A DNA stretch of 63,705 nucleotides, counting the filler, from Bonamia ostreae (taxonomy: Eukaryota): the NCBI GenBank assembly GCA_040357525.1. It is 10 parts of 10 records of this genome, joined end to end, with 100 filler letters (N's around TTAATTAATTAA, not from the genome) between each part and the next. Parts side by side here need not be neighbours in the genome. Positions count along the whole stretch, not along the records: positions 44,841 to 51,095 come from JBDODL010000138.1; positions 51,196 to 57,400 come from JBDODL010000139.1; positions 57,501 to 63,705 come from JBDODL010000140.1; 7 more parts are not named here. One strand, written 5' to 3'. The notes below the pieces were generated by a model that was not told the origin of the DNA, did no database searches, and saw nothing but the letters and a program-made list of their open reading frames with translations. This document shows positions 44,841 to 58,380 of the stretch, one piece after another (position 1 is the first letter of the stretch; the number at the start of each line of letters is the position of its first letter). The position numbers and the translations under genes were made by a program.

Positions 44841-45419
44841 TTGCAGTTGTTCGAAGTAGAGGACATCGAAGACGATGAGTATGAAAACGAGGAGGAAGAC
44901 GAAGAAAAACCGATCATGTCGTCGATGATAACAGCAGAAGGCATCCTCAATTCAGCTTTCGACTTTATTTTCCCAGATAACGTCGTCTTGCAACCTGGGC
45001 GGTATCGCTGGGAGATCACCTGCGCTTCTCTGCACGCCTTGATCCTCAGATCGACGGAAAACCGCATTGAAGCAGGCGGGTTCTTCCTTGAAAGAAACGG
45101 GTCGAGAAAAACGGCCTTCGATTTGTACAACGGAGAGCCGTTTTTCTCGTTGATAATGGAAGCGAGATCGCTCCGCCAAAAGAATTTCAACTCGAAGCTG
45201 CGGCGGTCGCTCGATTTGACGCACAGCCAAATGGAAAACTGCGACACGTATGTGTTTGAACGGTTCGCGGTGGAAAGGAGCATGGGTAGCTTCGTTGAAA
45301 GAATCAAAAACGTTAACAAAGAGTTTGAGGAGATTATCATGAATTTGAAGAAGATGTGCAAAGTTTTGTTGAACAGAAAGCTTTTTATCGAATTGGGGTT
45401 CTTGAGATTGTCTAATTAA
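44841..45419 (+). CDS. Hypothetical protein, C-terminal fragment with acidic stretch
   Basis: 192-codon open frame from the scaffold edge with coding-like composition. Confidence 0.55.
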   Translation: MQLFEVEDIEDDEYENEEEDEEKPIMSSMITAEGILNSAFDFIFPDNVVLQPGRYRWEITCASLHALILRSTENRIEAGGFFLERNGSRKTAFDLYNGEPFFSLIMEARSLRQKNFNSKLRRSLDLTHSQMENCDTYVFERFAVERSMGSFVERIKNVNKEFEEIIMNLKKMCKVLLNRKLFIELGFLRLSN

Positions 45420-45817
45420 ATAAATTGTAATTTTTAAAATCTTACAGTTTTTAAATGATATTGACAAACAATTTTTTGTCGTATTAATAAAAATCATAAA
45501 ATTTTGACTTGAAGAGGATTTAAATTTTCATTCGTGTCGACTAATATACAGTTACATCAAATTTGATTGACTCCATTAATAACGAAATTAATAATTTTAA
45601 CACTCAATAATCTGCAATATTTGTATTTAAATTGCTCGTTATTGTTCAAAATTGCAATTACTGTTTCGCGAAATGGCGTTTAATCAATAGACCAGAAGCG
45701 TAAATTGGGAAGGGTTCCTATCAGCTAGAATTCTTACTCTATTCGCGCGTTATATCGCTAAACCCAAACGCGCTTTTTAACAAAACATAAGGATACTCGA
45801 TATACTAAATATCTACA

Positions 45818-48800
45818 ATGAGCTTTGTTATCCGGACATCGAGTTTTCTAAAGGCGACCCAAAGAGTTTCGGTGAAAAATCTCCAGACTCAGCCGAGCAA
45901 TCTCGTTTTCCATGATTAGCATCGGCTTTTTTCCATAATAACTTTTTCAATTTATCGTGTTGCGTTTGCCATCTCTCCAAATCCAAATTTGTCATTTCTA
46001 GGACGAGCACGATTTCTTCTACGACGCCGAGATACTTTCCAGTTTAACCAGTCGCTGGACCGAACCCGTTTTGTCCCTCGGCCGCCTTTCGCAATTGGGC
46101 GGGCCGGAAGGCATCAGCAGAGCCCTGAGAACCGATCTCCGCGAGGGCTTGTTTTCGGACGAAGTCGAAGGAAGCGACTTCAGCAAGCGGGAGTCGGTTT
46201 ACGGCGCCAACCGTTTCGAGAAGAAACCGCCCCGCAACTTCTTCTTGTTTTGTCTCGACGAGCTCAAAAACCCCATTCTCGTCGTCCTTCTGGTCGCCGG
46301 GATCATTTCCGTCGTAACCGGGATCGCCCACAACCCCGAAGAGCACGGCTACACAGAAGGCCTCGCGATCATCTTCACCGCCTTAATCGTGGTCTCGGTC
46401 GCGGCCGGAAACAACTACGCAAAAGAACGGCGCTTCCGCGCTCTCGACGACAAAAATGACGCCAAGTCGGTGATCGTGGTCCGCAGAGGCCGCGAAGAAG
46501 TCGTCGCCAACACCAAAGTGCTGGTCGGCGATCTGATCGCGCTCTCCACCGGAGTCTCCGTCCCGTGCGACGGCATCCTCGTGAGCGGATCTGCCGACTT
46601 GACTTGCGAGGAAAGCGCTCTCACCGGCGAGACCGACGCCGTCCGCAAGTCGCGCCGAAAACCGTTTCTTCTGGCCGGCACAAACGTCGCAGACGGCGAA
46701 GGGCTGATGCTCGCCACAGCCGTCGGAGCGCGCACTTGTTGGGGCGCCCTCTTAAAAGGGCTGTCCGCGGACCACGCAAAAACTCCGCTCGAGCGCAAGC
46801 TCCAGAAACTGGTCAAAATAATAGGAATCGTCGGCGCTGTGCTTTCGGTGCTCATCTTCGTGTTCAAATTTGTTTATTGGGTCGTCGAGAACTACCCGAA
46901 CAACACTTACACCGACAACCTCGAGGAGCCGCTGGAGTACTTTCTGGTGTCGATTTCGTTGTTGGTGGTGGCGATTCCGGAAGGGCTGCCGTTGGCGGTG
47001 ACGATAACTTTGGCGTTTTCGATGAAGAAGATGTTCAGAGACAACAATTTTGTGCGTGTTCTGTCGGCTTGTGAGACGATGGGCAACGCGACGACGATCT
47101 GTTCGGACAAAACGGGGACGCTCACGCAAAACACGATGACGGTGGTGGAAGCGTGGCCGGAGGTGTTTGAGCCTTCGGTGGACGGTCCATGGCCTGTTTT
47201 CAGAGAACCGAGGCCTTCGAGCGATTTCTGCGATGCTTTGTTGGAGGGGATTGCCTTGAACACAAAAGCTTTCGAGATCGAGAGGACTAAATGGAAGAGA
47301 TCAGATCGACCGGTTAATCGCCTTTTCCAGAATTTTATTGCCGATATTTTTCAAACTCATTTTTTATTTAAACTAGTCATTTTCTTATTTAAACTGCAAA
47401 CTTTGCGATAAAACATCTTATTGCAAACTTTGCAAAATCATTTTCTTATTTAAACTGCAAACTTTGCGATAAAAACATTTTCTTATTGCAAACTTTGCAA
47501 AATCATTTTCTTATTTAAACTGCAAACTTTGCGATAAAAACATTTTCTTATTGCAAACTTTGCAAAATTATTTTCTTGTTTAAACTACAAAAATTTAGGA
47601 ATACGCAGGAGGAAACAAAACAGAATGCGCCGTATTTTCTTGGGGACATTGCCTCGGTGCCGAAAATGAAGTGATTAGACAAAGAACTCCCATAGAAAAG
47701 GCTTATCCTTTTACAAGTGCGACGAAAAGAAGTTCGGTACTTGTCAGACATAATAACGCGTACAGGATGCATATGAAAGGTGCTGCAGAAAAAATCTTGA
47801 ACGATTTTTGCACCAAAATAGTTTTTTGCTAAAATTTCCGACTAATTTGTAGCTAACACCAGAAGGCGAAATAGCATCAATAGACGAAAAGAAGAGAATG
47901 CAAATTGAAGAAGAGATAAATTCCAAAGTTTCAAGGGGACTTCGTTGCATCTGTCTCGCTTTCAGGGATTTCGATAGCTCTACCATCTTAAACTCGTACG
48001 ATCAAATTGTCGATCCGCCTTTAGTCGATTTCGTCTTCGTTGCGATAATTGCTCTTAAAGATCCTTTGCGTCCTGATGTCTTGGATTCAGTGCAAAGATG
48101 TCAGCAATCTGGAATAGTGGTTAGAATGGTCACTGGAGATCATCCCAAAACAGCAGAATTTATAGCTGCTGAATGCGGCATTCGACCTACTGAACGCGAA
48201 GATTTACTCGTTATGACAGGCGAGGAATTTCGTGTTATGGACGAAACGGCGTGTAACAAAAAATTACCAAAATTGAGAGTTTTGGCAAGGTCCACCCCAC
48301 AAGACAAAGAGCGACTTGTTAAATGGTATATGAAAAACAATGATGTTTTTAAATTTTCTAATGTTTCTATCGTTTACAAAAAATAATCGTTTACAAAAAG
48401 CAAGTTTTGCTTTTATAAAAATCAATTTTTTATCGTTCACAAAATGCAATTTTGCAAAAATAAAAGACTGTTTCCGTCACTGGAGATGGCGCAAACGACG
48501 CTTTGGCGTTAAAAGAAGCGGACGTCGGTTTATCGATGGGGATTCAAGGAACGGATGTCGCTAAAGAAGCTTCCGATATTATAATTCTCGACGACAGTTT
48601 TGCATCAATCGTTGAAACAGTGAAATGGGGTCGTTGCGTTTATGACAATATTCGAAAATTTGTTCAATTTCAAATTACAATAAACACCGTCGCCGTTTTG
48701 GTCTCTTTCATCGGTGCTTTTGTAAATTATAACGACATCACCGATTTTCCGTTGCCTTTCAACCCGGTGCAGTTGCTTTGGATGAATTTGTTAATGGATA

Positions 48801-49825
48801 CTGGAGTTTTTGAAAATATTTCAGAATTTTAATTGATTATTTTCTTTTTTTTTTGCTAAAAATTTGTAAATTTTAATTGACCATTTTCTTTTTTTTTTGC
48901 TAAAAATTTGAAAATCGATAAATTTAACCACTTACATTTAGGCCGCTGTTGCATATTCGACAGAATCGCCAACAAAAAATCTTCTCAAAAGAAAACCTTA
49001 TAAGAAAAATAGCATGTTGATTAATCCAACGATGTGGAAACATATAATCGGCCAATCTGTCATTCAGGTCAAATTTTATCTTTTTGCAATTAACAAAAAT
49101 TGACCAATCTAATAAAAATTAAAAGATTATTCTTTTATTGATTTTTGTGTTGCCTACAAAAAATCCAATCGGTTTCGCAATTTTTGGAATTTCTTCGCAA
49201 AACAAAAATGATTATTTGTTGTTAAAAACGTGTGTTTTTAACACTTTTGTGTGGTTTCAAATCTTCAATTCTATAAACACAAGACGAGTCAATGATGGTT
49301 TTACCAAAAACTCAAAATTTGAACAATTTTAAAAAATTGCTTAAACTAAAAATTGGTATTTAAAAAATTAATTCAAAGTTGTTATTAAAAAAATTGCGGG
49401 AAAATTTGAAAGCTGAATTCTTCATATTAAAAAAATTAAGAATTGAATATTTTCGAAAACATTTTCTCAAATTTATTTTTCCCGCTCGTTTTCGGATTTT
49501 TTGCGGTAATGCAAATAATTTTGATTACTTTCGGTGGAAGTGTTGTTTCCTTAACAAAACTCGATTTGGCGCAATGGGGTAAATGCATTGCGTTTGGATT
49601 TGTCAGCATGCCATTAGGTTTCACAAAAATCATTATTCATTAATTTAACAAATCTATATTTTATTTTTTTCGATCAAATTGAATTAAAAATAAGGATTGG
49701 TTCTGAGATCGATTCCATTTAAAAGAGAATATGGATTTATAAGCTCGGACGGAGATTTAAATTTAGCGCGGGAAAACAAAAAGAGTATTTACACAAAGAG
49801 CATTAAGCGAAAATTGACTGTTTAA
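45818..49825 (+). CDS. P-type IIB (PMCA-type) Ca2+-ATPase
   Basis: [62 protein letters not shown]; many introns. Confidence 0.95.
47378..47592. repeat. ~60-65 bp tandem repeat (3+ copies) in a PMCA intron
   Basis: CATTTTCTTATTTAAACTGCAAACTTTGCGATAAAAACATTTTCTTATTGCAAACTTTGCAAAAT recurs. Confidence 0.85.
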
Positions 49826-49851
49826 AGATGATTTGCCAATGTTTGATTTTA

Positions 49852-51078
49852 CTAATTAAGTCTATCGACTCTACGTGTCATTTCTTCGTAAGACTCGATT
49901 GTTTCTTCCAAATGCTTTTTGATCGCCGCTAACTCAAACTTTTTCTCTTTTAAATTTCCAATCCGTCTTTTCATAATTTCTTTTAATTTTTAAAATTGAA
50001 ATTTAAAGTGGCAAAATATTAAACTCGTTTTGTTTATCAAGAGAGCCAAGTCCTTTTTTAAAAGCTGATTTTGTCGCTTCAGACTAAGTTTATTTAAATA
50101 AACTTTTTTATCAAATAAATGGCTTTTTCCAATTGGTTTCTAAATTTCTTTCCATCTTTCGCCAAGTAAGAATATTTGTTTACTTTCATTAATAATTTTC
50201 TGTTTTCTTTTTTAAGATTTTGGATTGTTTTGTGCAAATTGTCTTTAGACTTTTTGTTTTTAATAATTAATTGCTATTTCTTTTGAAAACTTAAATGAAA
50301 TTTAAGTTTAAATATTAAACATAATTCAAATTCTCTCTGAGTCTTTCATTTCTTCGTTTATATTTATCTAAAATCATTGTCAAATCATCGATTTGTTTTT
50401 GCAACAAAGGGTAATTTTTTCTTTTATGTCTTCTGTACCTATTCGCACTAGAAATATCCAAATCGTCTTAAAATTTAGAAAAATGTTCCCTAAATTACCA
50501 AAACTATAAAAGTTCTAGTTTTCACAGATTGGCAAATAATAAAAAAGTAAGTGTTGGTAAACCAAAGTCATCTTCAAGATCAGCAACATGTTTTTTTGAT
50601 TTTGTTTTGGCGCTTTTCTTTCTCTCATTTTTAATACAATTTAATTTATGACAAGCCGATTCTTTGTTTTTGCCGGGTTTCTTATTTTTGGTTTTCGACG
50701 ATTTTTTGGTTTTGTTGTGGTGCACCTGTCTTTTTTCCCTAGTTGATGGTTGTTTTTTACGTCGAACTGATTTTTCGTATCTTAGAAAGTCGATCGAAAA
50801 ATCGTCTTTCGCGTGAGGAATTACATCGGTTGAAAGATCAAATCGTTTCGTTTTTAACGAGGAAAGTTCCGAATCTGAAAAAGCGCTTTTTTCGGTAGTC
50901 CATTTTTTTAACTTTCCAAAATTTTGCTGTTTGTTGTATACAATCAAATCACTTCCATTGTTCTCACTTGTTTCAGAACTGTCTGTGTTTTGGAAGTTTA
51001 ACATTTTTTTCTCGCTGTCTGTTACTACTTTAAATAAGTGTTATTGTTGTCGTTTAATATTTTGTTACAGTTGACCAT
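49852..51078 (-). CDS. Lysine-rich/coiled-coil hypothetical protein
   Basis: 160-aa ORF continued by micro-intron-separated coiled-coil exons ending ...EEMTRRVDRLN*; start tentative. Confidence 0.5.
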
Positions 51079-51340
51079 TAACAATAACCTTCAACNNNNN
51101 NNNNNNNNNNNNNNNNNNNNNNNNNNNNNNNNNNNNNNNTTAATTAATTAANNNNNNNNNNNNNNNNNNNNNNNNNNNNNNNNNNNNNNNNNNNNTTTTG
51201 TCCGTTATATGTAATAGATCCCTTTAAAAATTGCCATTAATGAATGGAATCAGAAGGGTCGGTTGGGGGGTGCGTAACTCAGATTTTACCTTTTTATATT
51301 GTAACTCGAGCGATATAAAACCCGAAACGGCAACAAAATA

Positions 51341-52999
51341 ATGGCCGAGTCAAAACCTTCGCAGGTTAAAAAACAAATAGGCATTTATAAAACGGCGGCT
51401 AACCATGTTAATATCGTTTTGGGAAGTTTGCTAACTTTTACAATATCATCAAAGGCGGTATTTTGAGTTTGCCGAAAGCCTTTTCAGAAACGGGGTATTT
51501 CTTCGGCATCGCATTATTAATAATTGTGGCGATAATGTGTGATTATGTCAGTGTGCAACTTGTGAAAATGGCTAAAATAAGTAAATTTTGAGTTTATGAA
51601 AAGAAAATGTGGATAATTACGAGAAACTTTCCGAGGCTGCTTTCAATCGGCACTTTTTCTATTTGACTAATATTTTCTGTTTTCTTTCAGCATTCGGGGC
51701 AATGGTTTGATTTTTCGAAAAAATTTTCCAAAATAATTTAAGATGGGATATTGTCAATTGGTAAACGATTCGATGAAAGAATTTTTAAAAAACTTTATTT
51801 CGGAAAACAGTCAAATCGAAAAATACGCTGTTTACACAACAATAGGAATGATCATCCTTTTTGTGGCTCCATTCGCTTTCTTGAGAGTTTAATCTTTCCA
51901 TTTTCAGAATTTGTCGTCTTTGTCTTTAGTTTCGATACTAAACTTAGTGACATTTAGCATTGTCGCAGTTGTCGTCATTGCAACTGGAATTAGAATAAGC
52001 GACGGAAATTTTGACAAAAACAAAAAAGACTTTGAGTTTAATGGCTTCATATCAGCTTTTGGCACTTTGTCATATGCTTTCGTCTGCCACGACAACACTT
52101 TCCCGGTGTTTGCGGGTCTGAAAAACGGCACGCAAAAACGTTGGGACAAAGTTGTTCATATCACAGTACTTTCATTAACTTTGATTTATTGGATTTTTCC
52201 TTCCTTTTGTTACTTTTTTATACCCGAAATAGTTTTTACAAAATTAATGTTTGTATGTACACACAACACTTGTAACAACAAACATTGATAACAACAATAA
52301 ATTAATTTGTGCTATCGTTTGAATCTCGGTACTGTCGTTTCCAAACTGATGTCAAAACTCCTAATTTGACCGAGGTCGCTGCCCTCAAATTTTAAATAAA
52401 AGCAAAACATTAAAGAACGATTACATCTTGAATTCGCAGAGCATATCCGATTTATTAGAAATAAAGATATCACAGATTTTGCTGGCGATAACCATTTTGC
52501 TGACATACTTGACAAAAGTCCATGTGACAAGAATCTACATAACAAATTTGTTAAAGAGGTTCGGCAAAAACATAGAAAACTTGCCAAGGAGGTGGTTTCT
52601 GTTGGTACATTGCGGGATAACAACAATGTTTTATAAAATATTGTTGCGATTTAGAATAATGATTCTCTCCACAATGCTCGGGATTGTAACGGGAAATTTG
52701 ATGTTCATTGTGGCTTTAACAGGACTGGTGACAAGCACTGCGATCGGGTTTGTTTTTCCGGTCTTAATCATCATCAAGGTTTCAATAGTAAAATGTCTAA
52801 CTGACTGACATCAAAGATAACTACATTTAGGCTTTTGGTAAAAAACTTATTGAACTCGTTTTGCAGAAGAATGTCTATGAAAAGACGTATATCAAATATT
52901 TGGAATTTTTTCTTTCCGCTTTTGGTGCTAGCTTTTGGGATTTTTGGAGTTTGTGTTGGAATGCCGATGATTATCATTGATTTTTTAAACAAAAATTAG
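51341..52999 (+). CDS. Amino-acid transporter, AAAP/SLC38/AVT family
   Basis: ANHVNIVLG-GGILSLPKAF..G, FGTLSYAFVCHDNTFPVF, multiple TM helices. Confidence 0.88.
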
Positions 53000-53564
53000 T
53001 AAAAGGATAATGCTCGTATTTTTACTGTTGGAGAGTTTATGCCTCCATTTTAGTTTTGGTCTGTACAAAAATATAGTAAAAATCTGTTCCTTTTTAATAA
53101 AATTTTAATGCCGCGCAAAAACAAAAGATTTTGTCATTTAAGGATTTAAACAACGAATATGTTGTTAAAGTTGAGTCACCAAATCTAGATTGCCTTAATT
53201 TTTCATTGGAACTTTTGGGTTTCTGTGCCACGTTTCCTTTTTTCTTTCCAATTTAATCGAGTTAGTTTCAGGATGTCGTTTGGGCTGTACTTTTACTGGT
53301 TTGAATTATTTTTTGTTTGTCTGATTTGAACATTGAATAAGATATTTGAAGTGGCGGAACGAAAGAAAATCATTACAGATGTCCAGTTCGGACAAATTGT
53401 GCTATGTAAACAATATCAAGAAAATGTACAAAAAGAATGATGAAATAGAATGAATTTAAAAAAAGTGAAGATGAATAAAATAGCGAAAAAGATGAAAACG
53501 CACACTTTCTAAATATGGCTAAATTTGACATTTCTAAAACATTTATATCATCATAATTACTTTA

Positions 53565-55235
53565 ATGGAGAATTTCAGCACAGGAATCAAAATAGCAGAC
53601 ATCAACGATTATGTAAATTTGGAAACTGATTGCATTTTTGACGAAAGCAAAGAAAGTCCGAAAAACAAATCAATTGTAATTTAAGCTTAAAATTTATTTA
53701 AGAAAATATCTCAGAAAAACTTGGTTAGCATCAAAAGCCAATCAAAAGCAAAAAGCCATTTCAATCAAATTCGAACAAATCCAAAAACTAAAAACGCCAA
53801 AATCACGTTGGAAGACTGTCTCGCTTGTAGTGGCTGCGTCACTTCTGGTTTCAATTCTTAATAAATTGAAAATAATTAAATTAAATTTGAAAAGCGGAAA
53901 CCGTTTTGATAGAACAACAAGACACTGCACAATTTGTAAAAATGGCCAAAAATATACAAAAAGACCACATTTTTATTGTAACAATTTCAACGCAATCAAT
54001 CGTCTCCATTGCCAACAAACTAAAAATAAAACCAGAAGAAGCTTTTAATAAAATCCGAGATATCTTGATAAGAAACTATAATGTTTCTATTGTTGTTGAT
54101 TCGGCAACCGGTTTCGACCAATTTAAATTAAGGGAACTATTTGGCGCTCAAAGAGTCCATAGTCGAATTTTTGAAAAGGTCATTTTTCTTTTAAGTTTAG
54201 ACTAGAACAAAACGAAAATTTGCCGATTTTAAGTTCAGAATGTCCTGGGTGGGTCTGTTACGCAGAAAAAACTCTCGGCAAATCTGTCATCCCATTAATG
54301 AGGTTTGCAAAATTTGTCAAATTTAAGCAAAGTAAAATCCGCTCAAGCGACGATGGGCTCATTAATTAAAAGACATTTTTCGGAAAATTTCAATCCGCAG
54401 AAAATGCTTCATGTAGCAGTGATGCCTTGCCCGGACAAAAAACTTGAATCGTCTCGGAGTCAACTCGCTTTTACCCAAAACGGGAACAAAATTAGAGAAG
54501 TCGATTGTGTTCTCACAACAACAGAACTTTTCGATTTGCTAAATTTTGAGAATTTTGTCAATAATTCTCAAAATCTGGATTTCAAAAGAAACCTCAAAAC
54601 TGAAAACTTTAAAATATTAAAGTCAAATTTTAATGGCAGAATTAACGAAAAATCGTCGTCAGGAGGATATATTCAAAATATTATCGATTATTTTGTTGCT
54701 TCTGAAAATTCAGTTGTGAAGCAACAGAATATCAGTGCAGATTTCAAAATCGTCACTGTTACTGTTTTTAAGGATAACTTTAATGATTATTAGCTTTGCT
54801 GTTTTGTTTTTTGTCATATTAAATTTATTGCAAAATTGAAGACAAAAAAATTTGGCGACATTAACTTAATTTACGCTTACGGGTTTAGAAACATTAGCAA
54901 GATATCTCGACAGATAAAATCAAATTATTTTGGCGATAAAAAAGTACATTTGATTGAAATAATGGCCTGTCCTTCTGGTTATTTTTTAAATTCACAAAAT
55001 TATTTTTAAAGGGTGTTTAAACGGGGGCGGACAACTTCGACCCGAAAGCAAAGGCGTTCGTTTTCAAAAAGAACTTGTCTCCGAGCTTTACTCAGATTTT
55101 AACGCTATCAAAATTATTGATGATAATTTTTCGAAAGATTTGGACTTCATGTACAAAGCTTTAAAAAGAAAGAAAGAATTTTTTAAAACTGATTTTAACG
55201 ATAACACTCCAAAACAAGAGTCGCTATCATGGTGA
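53565..55235 (+). CDS. CIAO3: Cytosolic Fe-S assembly factor NAR1/NARFL
   Basis: [61 protein letters not shown]-terminal W. Confidence 0.95.
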
Positions 55236-55587
55236 TTTTTAAATATTTTTTGATTTTTAACATCGATATTTTTAATATTACCGTTATTATGACTAAAAAG
55301 AATTCAAATTATCTAATTTTGCGAGTTAGAAAATTAACATACAATTACATATTTCACCCTGAAATGCTATAAATTTTGCATCAAAACGATTCTTCGCGAT
55401 TATTAAAATTCCCCTGCGAAGCACGTCATTAAATTTTCAAAGACAAAGATTTAAAGCAAATCCCAGAAAATCTTTTGACAAAAAAACNNNNNNNNNNNNN
55501 NNNNNNNNNNNNNNNNNNNNNNNNNNNNNNNNNNNNNNNNNNNNNNNNNNNNNNNNNNNNNNNNNNNNNNNNNNNNNNNNNNNNNNN

Positions 55588-56272
55588 TGAACTTGAAGCC
55601 GTCATCTCTCGCCGCGACGAAGAGATTAAAGAGCTGTTGTCAAAGTTGAAACAGCAAGAGGAAACAGTCCGCAAGATGGGCCAAAACCTGCTCTCAATGT
55701 CAAGGAGAGATGACGAGTCGAAACACAAAAAGGAGCTCGAATCGGCGTTGGTCGAAATAATGAAATTGAAGTCTCGGATTGCAAATTTGAAGGAGGTGGG
55801 AAAAGACCAACCTGCTTCGATCTCTTCTGCTTTGCAGAAGGGGTTTGAGATTGAGAAGGAATATCTTGGTCTCAAAAAGAGAAACGCAAATTTGAGTTTT
55901 TTCGATAAATTTGCAAAAAATTGAAATTAACAAAATTCAGTAAAAGAAACAGAGTCGCAAAGAACGGAAATAAAGCGCCTCGGAAAACGCATCGCCGAGA
56001 CGGAAAACAGTTTTGTTGTGTTCCGAGAAGACTGTGAACAGCGAACGGCTTTTTACCGCTCCGTGACGCAATCCGTCTTGAAGAGGTTCAAAAAGTCGTT
56101 TGAAAAACTCGGCGAACAGGCCAAAGTCTCCGGGCTGGAAGAGATGTACGCCATTGTCACAGAATGCGAGAGCAATGATTTGGCCACGCCGCGATTGAAG
56201 AGAATAGTCGGCAAATTCGACTACAAGCGAGCGTCGAGTGAGCCGAGAGAAGCTAGCCTTTCTTCAAAATAA
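55588..56272 (+). CDS. Coiled-coil hypothetical protein (5' part lies across an N gap)
   Basis: E/K-rich ORFs joined by a short GT-AG intron. Confidence 0.5.
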
Positions 56273-56463
56273 ATTATCTTTCTGTAAAAATTTGTCCTAA
56301 TTTGTGACTGTTCCGTTCAGTGCTTTTAAAATAATCGTTCCGTCCCGAAAAAGTGGAATCTTGAAAAATTTTATCGTTAGAACATTTTCAAACAGTTTCT
56401 CGTTTAAATAATTAGAACAATTTTATTAGTTTGAAACATATCGAACAATTTTTGTTTTTAATA

Positions 56464-57183
56464 ATGTCATTAGTTTTCTATTTCGTGTTTGCAACTATAG
56501 CCAAATCTTTTATCGCAGAAGAATGCGATGTTCCAAATCCCGCCTTCGTTTCGACAAGAACAACCGGAAACGGTTCGAAGATTACGAAAAAGAAAGTTGG
56601 AACCGGATATTATTTTGTCGAAACAATATCTTATTTCGATCTTATTCATATCGATGATTCACTTGTGCGCAAATCAAGAGTCTCCTGTGATGTTTCTGGG
56701 CAATGGAACTTTTTGCTGGTCAACTTTTCTTCCGAGTTGTCTAAACAGGACATCTTTTCGCCCGATTCGTTCATTCGAAACAACAGAACTTTCAAAGTAA
56801 AGTACCCTGCGAGCATTTACGACTATAACAGCCACGATTACTGTTTAATATTGTTGCCTCGGAACTCGTTTTTGGTGGCGCCGAAAACAGGAATGTTTGA
56901 GACGACCAGTGGAAGAGTAGCTTATCTAGGGAAAAGCAGTTTTATCGGGAAATGTTATCCTGGATATGTTGTCAAAAACACAGATGCCAGGATCGTCTCC
57001 TTTTCGATAGAATGTAACAAGGGGGAGCCAGATAAAGTAGTTGAATGTGTTTGGAAGAAAAACATTAAATATAGACTGCCAAAAGGAGAGTTTTGGAACC
57101 AATCGTTCATTTTGACTCTTTTAACCTTGGACGCGTTTGGATTTTTATTTGGATTCTCATATCGAATTTTCTTGGCTACTTAA
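56464..57183 (+). CDS. Predicted type I surface protein (signal peptide, sushi/CCP-like Cys domain, C-terminal TM)
   Basis: Intronless; MSLVFYFVFATIAKS signal; C-LILLP...C-YPGY...IEC-NKG...VEC; hydrophobic FILTLLTLDAFGFLFGF tail. Confidence 0.65.
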   Translation: MSLVFYFVFATIAKSFIAEECDVPNPAFVSTRTTGNGSKITKKKVGTGYYFVETISYFDLIHIDDSLVRKSRVSCDVSGQWNFLLVNFSSELSKQDIFSPDSFIRNNRTFKVKYPASIYDYNSHDYCLILLPRNSFLVAPKTGMFETTSGRVAYLGKSSFIGKCYPGYVVKNTDARIVSFSIECNKGEPDKVVECVWKKNIKYRLPKGEFWNQSFILTLLTLDAFGFLFGFSYRIFLAT

Positions 57184-57968
57184 ATTGTTGTACAACTACT
57201 ATTTGAACTAATTAGATTTTTATTAGAAAAATTATTTTTGTAAAGTTTATTTTGATATTAAAATCGAGAAAAGTACTTTGAATTATGTGTTATATTAAAA
57301 ATCAAATTTTAATAAAATCGATATTTCGATGTAACTAACTCAATTGATACATGTTGAAATTAGATAAATTTTTAGATAAATTGTAGCCGTTTTGGGTTTT
57401 NNNNNNNNNNNNNNNNNNNNNNNNNNNNNNNNNNNNNNNNNNNNTTAATTAATTAANNNNNNNNNNNNNNNNNNNNNNNNNNNNNNNNNNNNNNNNNNNN
57501 TATCCATTAAACAAGTTAAACAATTGTGCAAAATTAAAAGTGCAAAATTGAAATAAGAATAATAAAAAAATTACTCTTAAGCAATGTGGCAAAATAATCA
57601 TCAATTATTCAATTGAAAAAATGTTTGACGAATATAAAACTAAACATAATGATAGTTTATTTTTCATTTATAGAAATTAATACTTTTTTCCTTATTTTGT
57701 ATAATTTGATTGAATAATAATGTGCAATATAAATTTTTAGCCAATATCTTGTTCTGATTATATTCTTTAAGTGGTTATCCATAGCTGGAACCAGAAGGTT
57801 CGCTTTATTTTGGGTGGGGGTCAAACAATTTAGATTTTACCGCGCGCACATAGTCATCGCACCTAATTTTACCTTATTTAGTATACACAATTTTTACATT
57901 TTTTTAAAATTCTGTTTGATGAAAATTTAGTATGATTTAAATTATTTTAATTAATACTACATATATTT

Positions 57969-58380
57969 ATGAGTGGCATTAAAATTCCTAGAAATTTTAA
58001 GCTTCTAGAAGAACTCGAAAAGGGAGAAAAGGGAAACCAAGCTAATAACGTCAGCTATGGCTTAGATAGAGACGATCCAAAACATTCCTTTTGGAGTGGC
58101 ATTATAATCGGACCTAAAAACGTTTTAAAACCAATTTCAGACTATTTACTCTGACAAAATGTACCGCCTTAAAATTTTTATTGGCGAAGATTACCCTGAT
58201 GTGCCCCCAGAAATACATTTCGTAGACAAAATAGATTTAAAATGTGTTGATTCTCACGGAAAAGTCTTCATAAACAAAATTCCAAAATTTAATTGGACTA
58301 GAGACAAAAGCATCGAACTTGTGTTACTGCAAATACGTCAATTAATGACTAAAAATGTTTATAGACAACAAAGACGATGA
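57969..58380 (+). CDS. UBE2V: Ubiquitin-conjugating enzyme variant MMS2/UEV1
   Basis: [17 protein letters not shown]...VSYGL...WSGIIIGP; 19-nt intron 58122-58140; no catalytic Cys region typical of active E2s. Confidence 0.95.

Noticed and set aside
6320-57500. TTAATTAATTAA recurring every ~6.4 kb as a periodic genomic element
   Set aside because: Always centred in 100-nt N blocks; an artificial six-frame-stop linker joining size-sorted scaffolds.
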